A stretch of DNA of 64,000 bases from Macrostomum lignano (lineage: Eukaryota), in assembly GCA_002269645.1 (NCBI GenBank), contig NIVC01001899.1, positions 159,855-223,854 on the forward strand. The letters are read 5' to 3'. Of this stretch, positions 14,628 through 38,358 are shown piece by piece (the first letter of the stretch is position 1; each line of letters opens with the position of its first letter). Position numbers and translations under genes: made by a program. The notes beneath the pieces were generated by a model. It was given only the letters and a program-made list of their open reading frames with translations, did not search any database and was not told the DNA's origin.

Positions 14628-14730
14628 GTCAAAGTTTAGAGAGACTAAAACGGAGAAATCCAAGCGAACTGGCTGGATTTAGAGGAGTGGGAAAATTTAT
14701 AGCCCGTCTTTCCTCTCTCTTCCCCTTTGT

Positions 14731-14744
14731 GTTGCTATGGAAAC
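14731..14744. promoter_or_regulatory. RFX X-box GTTGCTATGGAAAC about 104 bp upstream of the copy 4 ATG; TATAAA on the minus strand at 14701-14696
   Basis: Close match to the palindromic RFX consensus GTTGCCATGGCAAC, at a typical proximal-promoter distance. Confidence 0.6.
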
Positions 14745-15859
14745 AAATCAAAGAGTAAAAATGTACGGCGAACCGGCGCAGTACAATCGGATCTGCTGCC
14801 CCAGGCCTGTACGCAAAAGTACATATCTAGAGTTACTCCTCTCTCAGAGTACAAACAGGTCTATCTAGTACATTGGCTAGTTTTGCTTATGTGACGACTT
14901 CTTATTTTAATGTTGTCATAACAAACCTATAGACCTACAGTTCTTATTTCTATATATTATAAACTCAATAAAATCCGACAGCCGTTTCTTCAATTTTGTC
15001 AACATAATTTCTGCCGGAAATTTGCCCTGTGTTCGCAACAAATCAGGTTAAGAACATGTCCATCAGCAAAAGTAAATGTTTGGAGAAAGCTATATTTAAG
15101 ATATTGTAGGCTGGTACTAGGGTATATTCAAAACAGACTTTATCTGTTCCATTCTATTTATCAAATGTATTTGCATATGTGTTTTAATTGCATGGACTCT
15201 GGCTTAGCCTGTTCCTGTTGACTAAGTTTGTTTTACTCGTATATGTTCTGCGCCTAAAAACCATAAAAATGGCACGGCTCGGCTCATTGGTTTCATGAAT
15301 CGATTTTATCATTATTAGCTGACTGTGTAGCAGAAAAACAATTTGATTCACAAAACCAATGAGTCGAGCCGTGCCATGCATTTTTATAATTTTGCATACA
15401 GGACACAGAAACTTTATTTTCTAAGCAAAAAGCTTTATGAATATCGATAGAGCTATAAGAAAGGCACAACATTTCAAAAGATGAACATTGGGTCTGCCTC
15501 CTATCAAAAGCAATAACAATTTTTGTGCTGAAAAAATGAAAACCTTCATTCTCCGAAATGTATTTTTTCGAAAAGAAACCTGCCTTGTAAAATTTTCCAG
15601 GAGACATAGTTTCCCGTCCTTCTACTTGAGTAGTCCTTGCATCAAGCATTCTGCACTTTCTAGTTAAAATGCTTTGTGCGATTGTACGAGCTACATTGAT
15701 GGAACTTCTTATCTGCTCATACAGTCAGTAAATCTTGCATTCGCTAAATTGGCCTACTCATTAGAGTAATTCAAAAACAATGTTTGCTGATTGCGGGCGC
15801 AACATCCTCACGGACTCGATCTCAGCCACCCTTCTCTTGAGCCAGAGGTATAAGGTCAC

Positions 15860-16740
15860 CATTCAGCCTCGACACGAGGCGAGTGACAGCTGGGGCGATT
15901 CTGAAGTCCACTGTTACACTGACGGCTCAATGAGGCATGGTCTTCCAGGTTTCGGAGCATGCATCTTCTTCAAGGGAGAAGCGGTGTGGAGCTACTCCCA
16001 GCACAACTGGACTCAACTTCAGTGTTTTTCGGAGCGAGATGCTTGCCATCAGCTCCTGCGCGGCAGAGCTGCGCCGAAGGCAGCTCAGCTGTCGGAAATA
16101 TATATTTCACTCTGAAAGCCAGGCAGCCCTTCGGGCCCTCTGCCGCAGCACCACCAGCTCCAGATCTGCCTTGGACTGCAACGCCCAGCTCAACGGGCTT
16201 GCGCTAGGCAACCAGGTGGAGCTCAGATGGATCTGCTGGTTTCCTCGGCAACGAGCGCGCCGACCTGCTGGCCAAGGCTGGCTCCGCCGGCGCGCTGCTG
16301 GGGCCGGGCCCAGGGGCCCCATCCCCGCCTCGGTGATCAACTCCCGTGTTAAGCGCTGGGCTGATTCCGAGCATCTCCGCAGGTGTTACGACACTTGGAA
16401 TTGCAGGCAATCCCGTACTGCCGTCCCCTGTCCCTCCCCCTCCTGCGTAGAGCCCTACTGCGTAGGCTGCTTCTCTCGTCACCGCTTCCTTCAGGGCCAG
16501 GTACCTGAGAAGCGGTGCCCCTTCTGCCGCTCAGGCAGTGAAAACGCCGAGCACTTTATCTGCCACTGCCCAGTTTTCCCCAGGGGGGCAGGCTCACTCA
16601 CCTCGGGCCAAACCCGGTTCTCTCCGACGTTTGCATGCCTGAGAGCATACCGCCGATCGCCCGGTACCTCAGGGACACGAGACGAGCTGATTTCTTCCCC
16701 ACCGCGGGTGAGGAGGACCGCGCAGCAGTGTAGAGAGTTA
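15860..16740 (+). mobile_element. 5'-truncated, frameshifted non-LTR retrotransposon 3' part: RNase H domain plus CCHC zinc knuckle (I/R1-like group)
   Basis: VHCYTDGS...GFGACIF, SVFRSEMLAI..., SESQAALRAL, LRWI/GNERADLLAKAG (across frames), CPFCRSGSENAEHFICHCP. Confidence 0.85.
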
Positions 16741-17559
16741 TTAAACCATACCGTAATGCTCTACTTAAAGTAATATTCTAGGAAAGTCAATTTATTCTAG
16801 AATGAGACATATCTATTTTTAGGAATCACGCGCAAACAGAATGATTTAGAACCCTACATTGTTTGATCAAGGAACCGGATTCCAACAGCTGTATTTGCTT
16901 ATATATGGTAATGCTCAAACATGCATGAAAGCTTAATTAAACATTTTTGACCTAAGTAAATACCCAATCCCAAACCGGTTTTTCTCCAAAATTTTGCTAT
17001 AAATATAAGTGAAAATTTGAGTAAAAAATTCAGACTCAGAGCGGTCTCTAAGAAGACTCCGAAGAAACAGGAAGACCAATCTCTGAGGGACCACACCTGT
17101 CCAATTGGTAAGCGTTTACTGGTTTCAGTTCTTTTATTGTTAGCGTTAATAAGTTGATTCATTGAGTTTAAGAGAGCTGTTTATTGTCGACACAGTTGAA
17201 AAAGGCCTCCTTATTGCCTAGGATATATTCCTAGAGGATTTATTGATTTAATTGAGTTATCCGTCACGTTTCGGACGTAACGAAGAAGCCGCCCTTCAGG
17301 AGGACCTATCACAGAATTCAATTGTTCATTAGGGCGCACGTTCTATTGTTAATTCCGAGCTCGAGGACCGTCACAAGAATTCTGATTCGCTCTCGTTTTG
17401 GTCGACCCACAGATAAAAGTCAAGGACTCAAGAAGACTACTCCAAATCGGCCGTCACTACTGCTCAGCCAAGTTAGACAGAGTCACACACACCGCAAGAA
17501 CCAGAAGTCTACCAACCACAAGAGGATCCACCGCAGTAAGTTATTTGAACTGGTAAATA

Positions 17560-17740
17560 CCTAGGCACTTGTTCTCCAGTGTCTAGAAGTGGGAGTTTTT
17601 GAGTGACTGATCACCACTCTTAAACTCTTCAGCAGGCGAGACCGACGGGTCCCCCTGAGCGACATCACTTCGATGGAAGTCATTGGTCGCCAAAGGCTAG
17701 CGAAATGGGCGGTCTCCTCCGCCTCCTTGCTATTTACGTT
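17560..17740 (+). mobile_element. 3' UTR fragment of the same RNase H-bearing non-LTR family
   Basis: CCTGAGCGACATCACTTCG.TGGAAGT.ATTGGT.GCCA shared with 39380-39440. Confidence 0.6.
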
Positions 17741-18039
17741 TGGCATACGAGCTAATTTGGCTTAAATAAAATTTTCTCCATCTTTCCATGAGGCATACAA
17801 TTATGGACTGGACTGAAGAAAGAAGTTCTGCCTATTGGTGGGCGAGTGCAGGTTCGGCAATGCAATTACTGATTGCGTTGAAACGGGTGCACGAGGATCT
17901 GATATCTAATGAACGGAAAAACTGCACAATGGTAAACTAACCCCAATGATCATTCATTATTGACGCATAACTAAGCGAGTCTAAAACGAAGAAAGCTTCT
18001 CATTGTTATTTCGCTTAAGATAAAGGGCATTGCCCTAAA

Positions 18040-18400
18040 CTTATTGAAGTACTTTTTAACGGTTTGTCGGACTCTTTCGAGATTCCTCTGGAGTGCTCCA
18101 GAGAGATGCGCTCACGAATTTTCTGTTCGTTCTCGTGCTTAACTGGGTGCTGCGGATGCTTAACTGGAATGGCTCTTTTTCCACCAACGACGACAGCTTT
18201 CTGCGGCGGTGACGCGTGGGTCGACGACAACCGGAGAGGTGGCTCAGTTTGCTTGGCTACGCCGATTATCTCGCCCTGCTGTCCTCGACTGTCGAGGGTG
18301 CCCAGCGACAGTTGGACAGGCTGGTCGCTTTTGCTGAGAGTGTCAGCTTGGTGGTCAAAACGCAGAAGACCGCAGTGCTCTGCGTTCCGATGTTGACATG
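18040..18400 (+). mobile_element. RTE-like non-LTR reverse transcriptase fragment (decayed)
   Basis: SGVLQRDALTNFLFVLVLNWVLR (GVLQGDTLAPFLF-like) and LLGYADYLALLSSTVEGAQRQLDRL (YADD-like) in shifted frames. Confidence 0.8.
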
Positions 18401-18790
18401 ACTTACTTTGACTCAGCTGCAAGGGGCTCCGGGCATCCGGATACAGCGATGGCGCGTCTTCGCTCATTCCGCAAACCCCTGGCGACCACGGGCAGCTGGT
18501 GCTGCGTTGTCACGCAGGGAGATCCGGTGGTGCCGGTGTCCTCAGAGCGGTCCCCTCCGGAGAGTCCAGAAGGTGGATGGTCGCTCGCCCTGTGGCCCTT
18601 AGATTGCGGACTAGCTGGCAGAGGTTCTTGGGCCTGAAAACGTGGGAAAGGCCCAGGTTTCGGGAGATGAGGTAGGCGAGCCTGTCTTGAGTAAATGCGG
18701 GGCATTTACAGATGAAGTGCTCCGCATTCCCGACACCAGAGAGACAGAAAGGGCCGGCATTCCTCACTACGGATTTTCCTGGAGATAGCG
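18398..18790 (-). mobile_element. 3' end of the RNase H non-LTR family, inverted, abutting the RTE fragment
   Basis: PFCLSGVGNAEHFICKCPAF...LRATGR matches 16500-16700; ends in an AGTCAAAGTAAGTCA tail as at about 39500. Confidence 0.75.
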
Positions 18791-19287
18791 ATGCCTGGCA
18801 AAACAGCCATGACCCGAGAGGGTTCCGTTGGTTAATTATTTGATTACTTTTATATAATCCATGTACAATATTTATCCGACTTTTTATAGTAATTTATGTA
18901 AATCTGATTCTTTTTTATAAATAAAGCTGAGCTTTCGAATTGCTTACAATAGAAAACTATCTATCACTATTTATGTTCCGAATTTCTAAGAAACGAAGTA
19001 ATCTGGAGATTTTTGTTGTGTCTCGACTAAGAACTTAGTTTTACGAGTATTAGGATTGTGCATGGATTTAACATACGAGCGTATTATATCGATACGCTTT
19101 ATATACGATTATATATTTTACGTATTTTTCATGTACATTTTACGACTAGTATTGTTAAATAAAAGTTTATTATAATTACTTTTATACATGTAATATTCTG
19201 CTACTTGTACTGTAAGTAAAGTATCAAGAAAATTTTAGGTATATTAGTTGCATTCGTATATTTCTAACTTATCGATCTGTCGATACT

Positions 19288-19670
19288 AGATACCAGAATA
19301 ACTAGATGGGCCACTTAGCACATTCGCGTGCAAGCTACTTTCAGTTCAGTAGTGTAAGTTTGAAATTGGAAGCATTTTAATGCATTTTAAAGGCAATACT
19401 TATTTATTGGCTTTTACCCCCAGCTTGAAACCCTCCAACCGCGCCTTTCCACACTACCCCCGCCCAGCCCAAATTTTTATTGTCTTTCTCGGAATTCCAG
19501 CCTAAAGCTGCCATGTACATTTCAGTTGGACTGTCTAATGTACTCGTACATTATTGCTGAACCAATTAGCAAGTTGTTTACGCCTGCAAGCTTGGGCTTC
19601 TAAACTTATCAAAGTCATTTCAGCTGCCTTTATTTTTTAAAATTAGCTTATGTATTCTTAAATTAGCTTG
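19288..19670. mobile_element. Truncated, inverted copy of the MITE at 57887-58352
   Basis: AGATAC(C/T)AGAATAACTAGATGGGCCACT... and the following ~370 bp match the reverse complement of 58000-58350. Confidence 0.8.
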
Positions 19671-20147
19671 TATACTTCATTGGGTGTAGCCATAAGCTCT
19701 CCTTCGAAAACCTAAGAGCAAGGTAGCTTCAGTGCAAAACATTAAGGCGTGAGTGACGCAGATGCAGCTGGCCTCCATAGATATACTAATACTAATAATT
19801 TTCTGTTCTTTGGTGCGTTCGTTGATGATGCGTTTATATGGGCTAAATCGACTCGCAACTGTGCGAAGTTCATTATAGCCAAATTCAGGCCCGAAGGCCC
19901 AATCAACTATAAAATTCACTACCCAATGCGAAATTCAATCACAGCAAGATTGAGCAAACTATGGCTCGTTTCGGTTAGAAACAACATGGGAAAAATTGAT
20001 GCACAGTCATTTCATCGTGAGACAAAATCAAACTCTCGATAATATTAATGTTATATTTGTACTATGGAGGGGGTGCAATACGGCCTGGACAACAGCATAA
20101 CTACCATTACTTGTCTAGGATCAGGATTGTCACACACTCTCTCTGTG

Positions 20148-32320
<12,173 letters not shown>

Positions 32321-32324
32321 CGAG

Positions 32325-32530
32325 CTGTGTTCTATCTGTTTTATCTGTTCTATCCTATTGTTCTATCTGTTCTATCCTAGTGTTCTATCTGTTCTATCCT
32401 AGTGTTCTATCTGTTCTATCCTTGTGTTCTGTCTGTTCTATCCTAGTGTTCTATCTGTACTATCTTAGTGTTCTATCTGTACTATCTTAGTTTTCTATTT
32501 GTTATATCCTAGTGTTTTATCTTTTATTTC
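32325..32530. repeat. Degenerating 22 bp tandem repeat TGTTCTATCTGTTCTATCCTAG immediately upstream of the LHFPL ATG
   Basis: Tandem repetition. Confidence 0.85.
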
Positions 32531-33606
32531 CTAGTGTTTTTGATTTATCTAGATGTTCTGTCTCAGTCTTGATAATTCTGTATGTGTCAATAATTTAAGA
32601 AGAACTATTTATTTCATTTCAGAACACTTCAGTAAAATTCCACTTGATAATATTCATGTCCAATAAAGTTTCTTTGCTCCGACAGCCAATGAAAAGCCAA
32701 GACTGTGAAGAAAAATATGTATTGACAAGCAAAACTTGCTACTCAGTTGTAGTAGCATATTGGTGTATGTTGATAGAGAAAGTACTTCAATTTGCAAAGT
32801 GAGCGAGATTATTGTTAACAATAGAAAAGATTTTGTGTCTTGTCTGAATAAAATAGTTTTAAAAGCTCATAAAGCAATCGGTTATAAAGTTTCGATAATA
32901 GAAAATTTTGGAAAGTTTTTACACAGAGCATTAGTTCTCGAAAAATATTATCCAGTAAAACAGAAAAACATGAACAGCATGCGGTTATTTAGTAAAAGTT
33001 AGAAACAAAAAGTTACTTGGTTTGCATGCTAATGTCACTAAGCTGTAAGCTTAACAAGGAAAGGTAGCTACAGACCAAATAATATGGAATATAGGTTAGA
33101 AAGAGTGCAAAGTATTGAAGTCGAATAAACGCTGGAAAACTTCTGGGGCCGATTTCATAAAGAAAGTACAACTGTGATGCAATAAAATTCATCATTAAAC
33201 TGTGAGAATCGTGAGAAATATCACTCGTCAACTAGAACTTCCTTCATGATGTCGGCCCCTGCATTCGGAGTTAAACATGTAACTGCACACTAAATGTACA
33301 TGTAGGTATAGTAGATTAGTCCAGCTGAAAACATGATTACATTGAAACATGAATTTAATAACGTGACAGTTACCACGCATGAACGATCATGAAAATTTCA
33401 CCATAGATGAGTGCTACTCCTCCATTCAAAACAAAGATCAACTCTGTGTCAAACTGTTGAGTCTATTATTCCTAAGCTCATTTGGGAACACCTATCCTGG
33501 ATGGCATAAAATTCTGATAGCTCTACCACCAACTTTAGGCTGAAACAGTTCTCGAATCCCACATTGTATTGTCAGTCAATATTGGAGATAAATAATAAAA
33601 TATGAA

Positions 33607-36600
33607 TTAATTCAGCAGTTCTCTCAGGCTCTGCTGCGCGGCGTCCTTGGTGACGGCGGCCCAAGCACCAGGAAGTTCGTCAATTTTGTAATCGTACTGT
33701 TCTTTTAATTTCTCTCTAAAAGTCCAGACAAACCACATCCAGAATTTCGAACCAGTGTTTGATGCGTCAGGAGCAATGTCCCACGAGGGAAAGAACTTCT
33801 TGTATTCTTTGTATGGATGGTAAGTAAACATATGCACTCCATTCTTTTCACATTTTACGCAGCCAAATCTCATTCTTTGATCATTAATGCTGAAGCCACA
33901 CGTGTCCGGTACTGCCTGGTTCGATCCAACTCTGCGCATTCCGGCAGTACACTGGGGTCTGTGCTGGATGCATTTGTGAGAGAACTCTTGGTGTTCAGCG
34001 GACGCATTGGAGCACGGCTCATTGCAGAACGGGCACTGAGCATCGCAGCCCCACAGGCTGTCAAGCACAGCAGAGTACAGAGTACTTTTGCCAGGCCATT
34101 GCACTGAGCTTTCATCCAGTGTGCTCAGCCACTCCGTCAGTTGACGAGAGTTGACGCGCAGGCCTTCTTTCAGGCACTCTGAGAAGTCGGAGAAGTCGCC
34201 AATCGGCTGCGTGAATATCTCGGCAAAGTCTTCGGCTTTCACGGCCAGCTCTCGGGACATGCGCTGGCAGAAGTCTTCGCTCCACTCCTTCATGCAATCG
34301 TCTCCAGACCTCCCCGCCATTGCTTTGCATGCTTGATCGCATGAATCGTGAGCTGTTTTAAAGATTGATGCGGCGACATCAGCTTCCACGATCTCTGAGA
34401 AGGCCGTCCTCTGCGCTTCGTTTCGAGTGAACAGAAAGCGATCGATGAAGGCAGTGAGCCATTCAAGGGCGGCCACTTTGGAGTTTTCTATGTAAGATAT
34501 GATCGATCGGAAATTATCCTTGTCGGCCCACTCTGTCAGCATCATGACTATAAGGTAATATTTATGCTTTCCTATCTGGTTACGCACATGAGCTTTCAGC
34601 TTGTCAGCCATTCTCTCCAAGACGGCCGCCTTGATCAGGCCAGCCAAATGATCCCGGACGAAATCGGCCGAAATCTTTTCACCAGCCTTGCTGGCTACCA
34701 TATTTTTGAAGAGATTCCAGATCTTCTCCTTCAGAGTCTGAAGCCGCGCCGCAATACTAAGCTTTGCTCGATAAGCTTCGTTGATCTTTTCAAACGTGGG
34801 AATGGCAAGTTTGCAGATTCCGATAGACACTTTGATCTCAAAGGCCGCTGTAAGGCCGATGCCGTCGTTAGCCAGATTGCTTCGCTCATCTCGCAAAACT
34901 CTTATGACCTCAGCCAAAATCTTCCGGGCGTCAGCAATGTAGAACCCAGAGTCCTTCTTGGCAGTGTCACGGAGCAGCAGTTGGGCAGATTTAAACGCTT
35001 TACCGCCTGCTGTGAAAGCCTTGCTTCGAGCTGTTGGGGCGGCTTCGTTAGTGTAGCTAATTTCTTCGATGCAGTCGGATAGAAACAGCTCAAAATCGTC
35101 TTCAGACATTGTCTGGCTAAGTGGAGTCTGCTGAAGCTGAGCTTTTAATATGGAGACATCCTTGTGGAACAAGTCTTGTAGCAATCTCTCAATCTGCTCA
35201 TCAATCGGAGCAGCGTCATGCGGCTGCTCAGTGGGTAGCTCGCTTATTATTGTCTCCCACAGAATATCGAAGCATTGTTTTAACTCCTCTTCTGAGATTT
35301 TGGAACCGGTCATTTTTTGGGCCAAATCTTTCGCTTTTTGGAGGGCAGTGCTCTCCCATTGTTTGTGCTTTGCTGCCTGGTTGATCTCTAGCCGCTGGAT
35401 TTTCAATTCATCTTTAATTCGATCATGAAGCTCTTCCTGCTTCAAGTTGCACGCCCGGTCCAAAGCCAAGAGGCTTCCCGACTTCCATTGAACGCTGTGC
35501 TCTTTGTAAGAGTCTTCTTCGAAGTATTGCTCCAATTGTTCTTTTGTTCTGGAAAGAATGCTGCTCATTGACTCACTCATCTCTTGCTGAAGACTCTGTT
35601 TTACGGCAAAGAGGCTCTCCTCACTGGAGGCATTCCTGAGTTGTACGAACGCCGTCTTGTGCAGCCAGTCGTTTCCGAAATCATCGATCTGGTCTTTGCA
35701 ATCAATAAGAGCCAGCTCCATTTGAATGTAAGCCTTCATTTCGATGCTGTTCCTAAAGCTGAAGACAAAGTCTTCTGACATAATAGCCTTCCACATATCA
35801 CCGATTCGAATAGTGAAATCATTAAAACTGACATACGTTTTCTGCTTCGATGCCATTTGAAACATGATGTGGTCTCGAATCACCTGCACCTTCTCTGCAT
35901 AGCCCGGATTCACTGAGGCCATGGGCGGGTCCCCGAACCAGAGGTCAGGCAAGAAGAAAATGTCCATTTTGCTGTCGAATGAAATAATCTGGTTAAAAGT
36001 TTTTACATCCGCGAGGCCTTCACCTTCCGCGGCCTCTCTAGTAAAGTCGTCCAAACTCTTCTTCATCACCGCAGTGGCTTCTTCCATCTTCTCCTTGGCA
36101 GAAATAGCAGAGACGTTCTGGTGAATGAAGATGCAGCTTCGCTGAATTTCCAGCTTCTTGTTCACTTGGCGCATGCGTAGAAAAGCATTCACTGCGATGG
36201 GCAATATCTCCTTCATGTCGGAAGAGTTCTCACCTTTAATGTTTATTATGGAAACATCGCCCAAGCCAATGACGAGAGTTGCAAGCTCATTGTCGTGACG
36301 AGGACTCGAAATTCCCAGCTCTGGAGCTTTCAGACCCTCGGTGTCGAGAATAGCGACATAGTCAAAAGGTAGACGTGCTTCGGGAGACACTTTCACTAGC
36401 TGGAGGTAGGCACCCCTCGTACATCTGCCGGCACTCACGGGAAACCGCAGGCCAAACATGGTGTTCAGAAGAGTGGACTTGCCCGAGCTCTGCACTCCTA
36501 GCACGGAAATGATGAAGAGTTTCTTCTCGCCAACAAGCTTGTGACAAGCCCGAAGCACTGCGGATATCCAAAAAATTGGGATGTTGCTGGAATCGCCATC

Positions 36601-38358
36601 CAAAATCTCCAGTGGCATTCCGTGAAGTAGCAGCTTTGCAAAAGTGTCTGGCAAATTCAATACTTCGTCCCTTAAGCGAGGCGTAAACACGGTTGAATTT
36701 TCCTGGCTTGCCTCGTAGATCTGGCCGGCTTCTCTAAATAGACTGTTCAAGTCAAGCGATGCATTCACCAGCTCCTTCTCAGCTTCTTGCAATTTTTGCC
36801 GTAGCGCTTCAATCTCAGTCTCACACTGGCATGCGTCATGCTTTTCTTTGGCTTCCAGAAATGCTCTCTGGAGCGGCGGAACAACTTCAAGGCAACATTC
36901 ATAGAATCGTTGCTTGATTCCTTCTAGCAGTACGATGGCCCCTACCATTTCCTCACTCTGGCTCGCAGCAGCATTTAGACTCGAGAATAAATCCCTGATG
37001 ATGGGGGAAAACTGCATGCACAGTTCGACTTGTTTGTTTCTGATTTCAAGCATTCGCTCTTGCATCTTTGCGAGATTTTCCTTTTGAGCTTTTGCAGAAA
37101 ATGTCTCTTTGTACAGTTTGCTGTATTCTTGCCACAGTTGCATGTGCAACGGCAGAAACTCGTTCTTAAATTTCGTCTTGCTTTCAAAGCAGCGAAAGTT
37201 TTGCGTCACAAGTGATGCCAGTTGAGCTGGGCTTTGTCCGCCATCTCCTGAGTCCATTGGGAAAAGACCAATGGATTTTAATTGCTCGGAAATGATCTTT
37301 GAGGGGCCCATTTTTTGCCTCAAAGCGTTTGTAACTTCGGCCTGAATCTCCCGACAGCTCTTTATTGTCTTGGCTTTGAATGCCAGAACAACCGTCGCTC
37401 TATTCCAAATGTCGCCCATGCTTTTACGGAGACGGTTTTTAAAGTCAGAGTCAGCTTTAGTATTGGAGTCTCTTTTTGTGAGAATCAGAACCATATTGCT
37501 TGCCTCAGCAGCCAACTCCTGAAGTCGAGAAGCGTTCTGCAACGCGTCTTCTACAGCAACCATGCAAACTAGAGTACTGGAGCACTTGGAAAGCACACCG
37601 GATAGCTCAGGATTTTCAGTGACGTCACCTCTCAGATTAAGAGCAACAAAAGGGTCACTTCCATCTCCGGAGGGAATGTACACAGCTGTTTCAATAAGTC
37701 CTCTTGAGTACTTCACTCTCGCCGATCCATTTTTACTCTCTCGATTGAAGAACGTGTCATGCTTTCCATCGCTTAATATATAGTTCAGTATCTTGGACTT
37801 CGACACAGAGTGTTCGCCAATGCGCACGAAGGCGACGCAAAATACTTCTCGGTCCGAAAATATAGGCATTTCTATAGCTTTACCCTGCTTATCTTTGTAC
37901 TCGATGGCAATGGGTCTCAGATTGCTGTGGTTTGACACCCACCTGTCTGTCTCATCTTTATAGATGAATGGAATAGCCAGCTTGCAATAGAACAGCCTAT
38001 GACAGATCAGCTGCTTCAGGTCCTCGCTGCAGCAGACAAAAACTGTCAGTAAGACATCCAGTGGATTCACGTCTCCAGACTGATCTCCTTCGTCTTCATC
38101 TTCGTCCCAACCATCCTCCTGCTGCTGACAATCAATCTTGCTTGTGCAATCCTGCTCTTGGTGCAAAGGAAGTTCATCTCGTACCTTTCCTAGACAACCA
38201 ATGATTTGCCGGACAAACTGCAAGCCTGGTTTATCCAAGTCAGCTGGCCTAATCGCGATTGCAGTCTCGGCAATAAGTTTTCTTGGAAACCATGGTGACA
38301 AGCCCAAATCTGAGACGAGGCCGTTAAACCGCTCTGGTGTCCCGCTTCCTCCAGACAT
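33607..38358 (-). CDS. GVIN1: Very large inducible GTPase (VLIG/GVIN1/URGCP family), 1583 aa, single coding exon
   Basis: 4752-nt uninterrupted ORF. G-domain ISVLGVQSSGKSTLLNTMFGLRFPVSAGRCTRGAY...ILDTEGL...HDNELATLVIGL; N-terminal VNPLDVLLTVF...LFYCKLAIPF; C-terminal LWGCDAQCPFCNEPC...HRP. Confidence 0.93.
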   Translation of the reverse strand: MSGGSGTPERFNGLVSDLGLSPWFPRKLIAETAIAIRPADLDKPGLQFVRQIIGCLGKVRDELPLHQEQDCTSKIDCQQQEDGWDEDEDEGDQSGDVNPLDVLLTVFVCCSEDLKQLICHRLFYCKLAIPFIYKDETDRWVSNHSNLRPIAIEYKDKQGKAIEMPIFSDREVFCVAFVRIGEHSVSKSKILNYILSDGKHDTFFNRESKNGSARVKYSRGLIETAVYIPSGDGSDPFVALNLRGDVTENPELSGVLSKCSSTLVCMVAVEDALQNASRLQELAAEASNMVLILTKRDSNTKADSDFKNRLRKSMGDIWNRATVVLAFKAKTIKSCREIQAEVTNALRQKMGPSKIISEQLKSIGLFPMDSGDGGQSPAQLASLVTQNFRCFESKTKFKNEFLPLHMQLWQEYSKLYKETFSAKAQKENLAKMQERMLEIRNKQVELCMQFSPIIRDLFSSLNAAASQSEEMVGAIVLLEGIKQRFYECCLEVVPPLQRAFLEAKEKHDACQCETEIEALRQKLQEAEKELVNASLDLNSLFREAGQIYEASQENSTVFTPRLRDEVLNLPDTFAKLLLHGMPLEILDGDSSNIPIFWISAVLRACHKLVGEKKLFIISVLGVQSSGKSTLLNTMFGLRFPVSAGRCTRGAYLQLVKVSPEARLPFDYVAILDTEGLKAPELGISSPRHDNELATLVIGLGDVSIINIKGENSSDMKEILPIAVNAFLRMRQVNKKLEIQRSCIFIHQNVSAISAKEKMEEATAVMKKSLDDFTREAAEGEGLADVKTFNQIISFDSKMDIFFLPDLWFGDPPMASVNPGYAEKVQVIRDHIMFQMASKQKTYVSFNDFTIRIGDMWKAIMSEDFVFSFRNSIEMKAYIQMELALIDCKDQIDDFGNDWLHKTAFVQLRNASSEESLFAVKQSLQQEMSESMSSILSRTKEQLEQYFEEDSYKEHSVQWKSGSLLALDRACNLKQEELHDRIKDELKIQRLEINQAAKHKQWESTALQKAKDLAQKMTGSKISEEELKQCFDILWETIISELPTEQPHDAAPIDEQIERLLQDLFHKDVSILKAQLQQTPLSQTMSEDDFELFLSDCIEEISYTNEAAPTARSKAFTAGGKAFKSAQLLLRDTAKKDSGFYIADARKILAEVIRVLRDERSNLANDGIGLTAAFEIKVSIGICKLAIPTFEKINEAYRAKLSIAARLQTLKEKIWNLFKNMVASKAGEKISADFVRDHLAGLIKAAVLERMADKLKAHVRNQIGKHKYYLIVMMLTEWADKDNFRSIISYIENSKVAALEWLTAFIDRFLFTRNEAQRTAFSEIVEADVAASIFKTAHDSCDQACKAMAGRSGDDCMKEWSEDFCQRMSRELAVKAEDFAEIFTQPIGDFSDFSECLKEGLRVNSRQLTEWLSTLDESSVQWPGKSTLYSAVLDSLWGCDAQCPFCNEPCSNASAEHQEFSHKCIQHRPQCTAGMRRVGSNQAVPDTCGFSINDQRMRFGCVKCEKNGVHMFTYHPYKEYKKFFPSWDIAPDASNTGSKFWMWFVWTFREKLKEQYDYKIDELPGAWAAVTKDAAQQSLRELLN

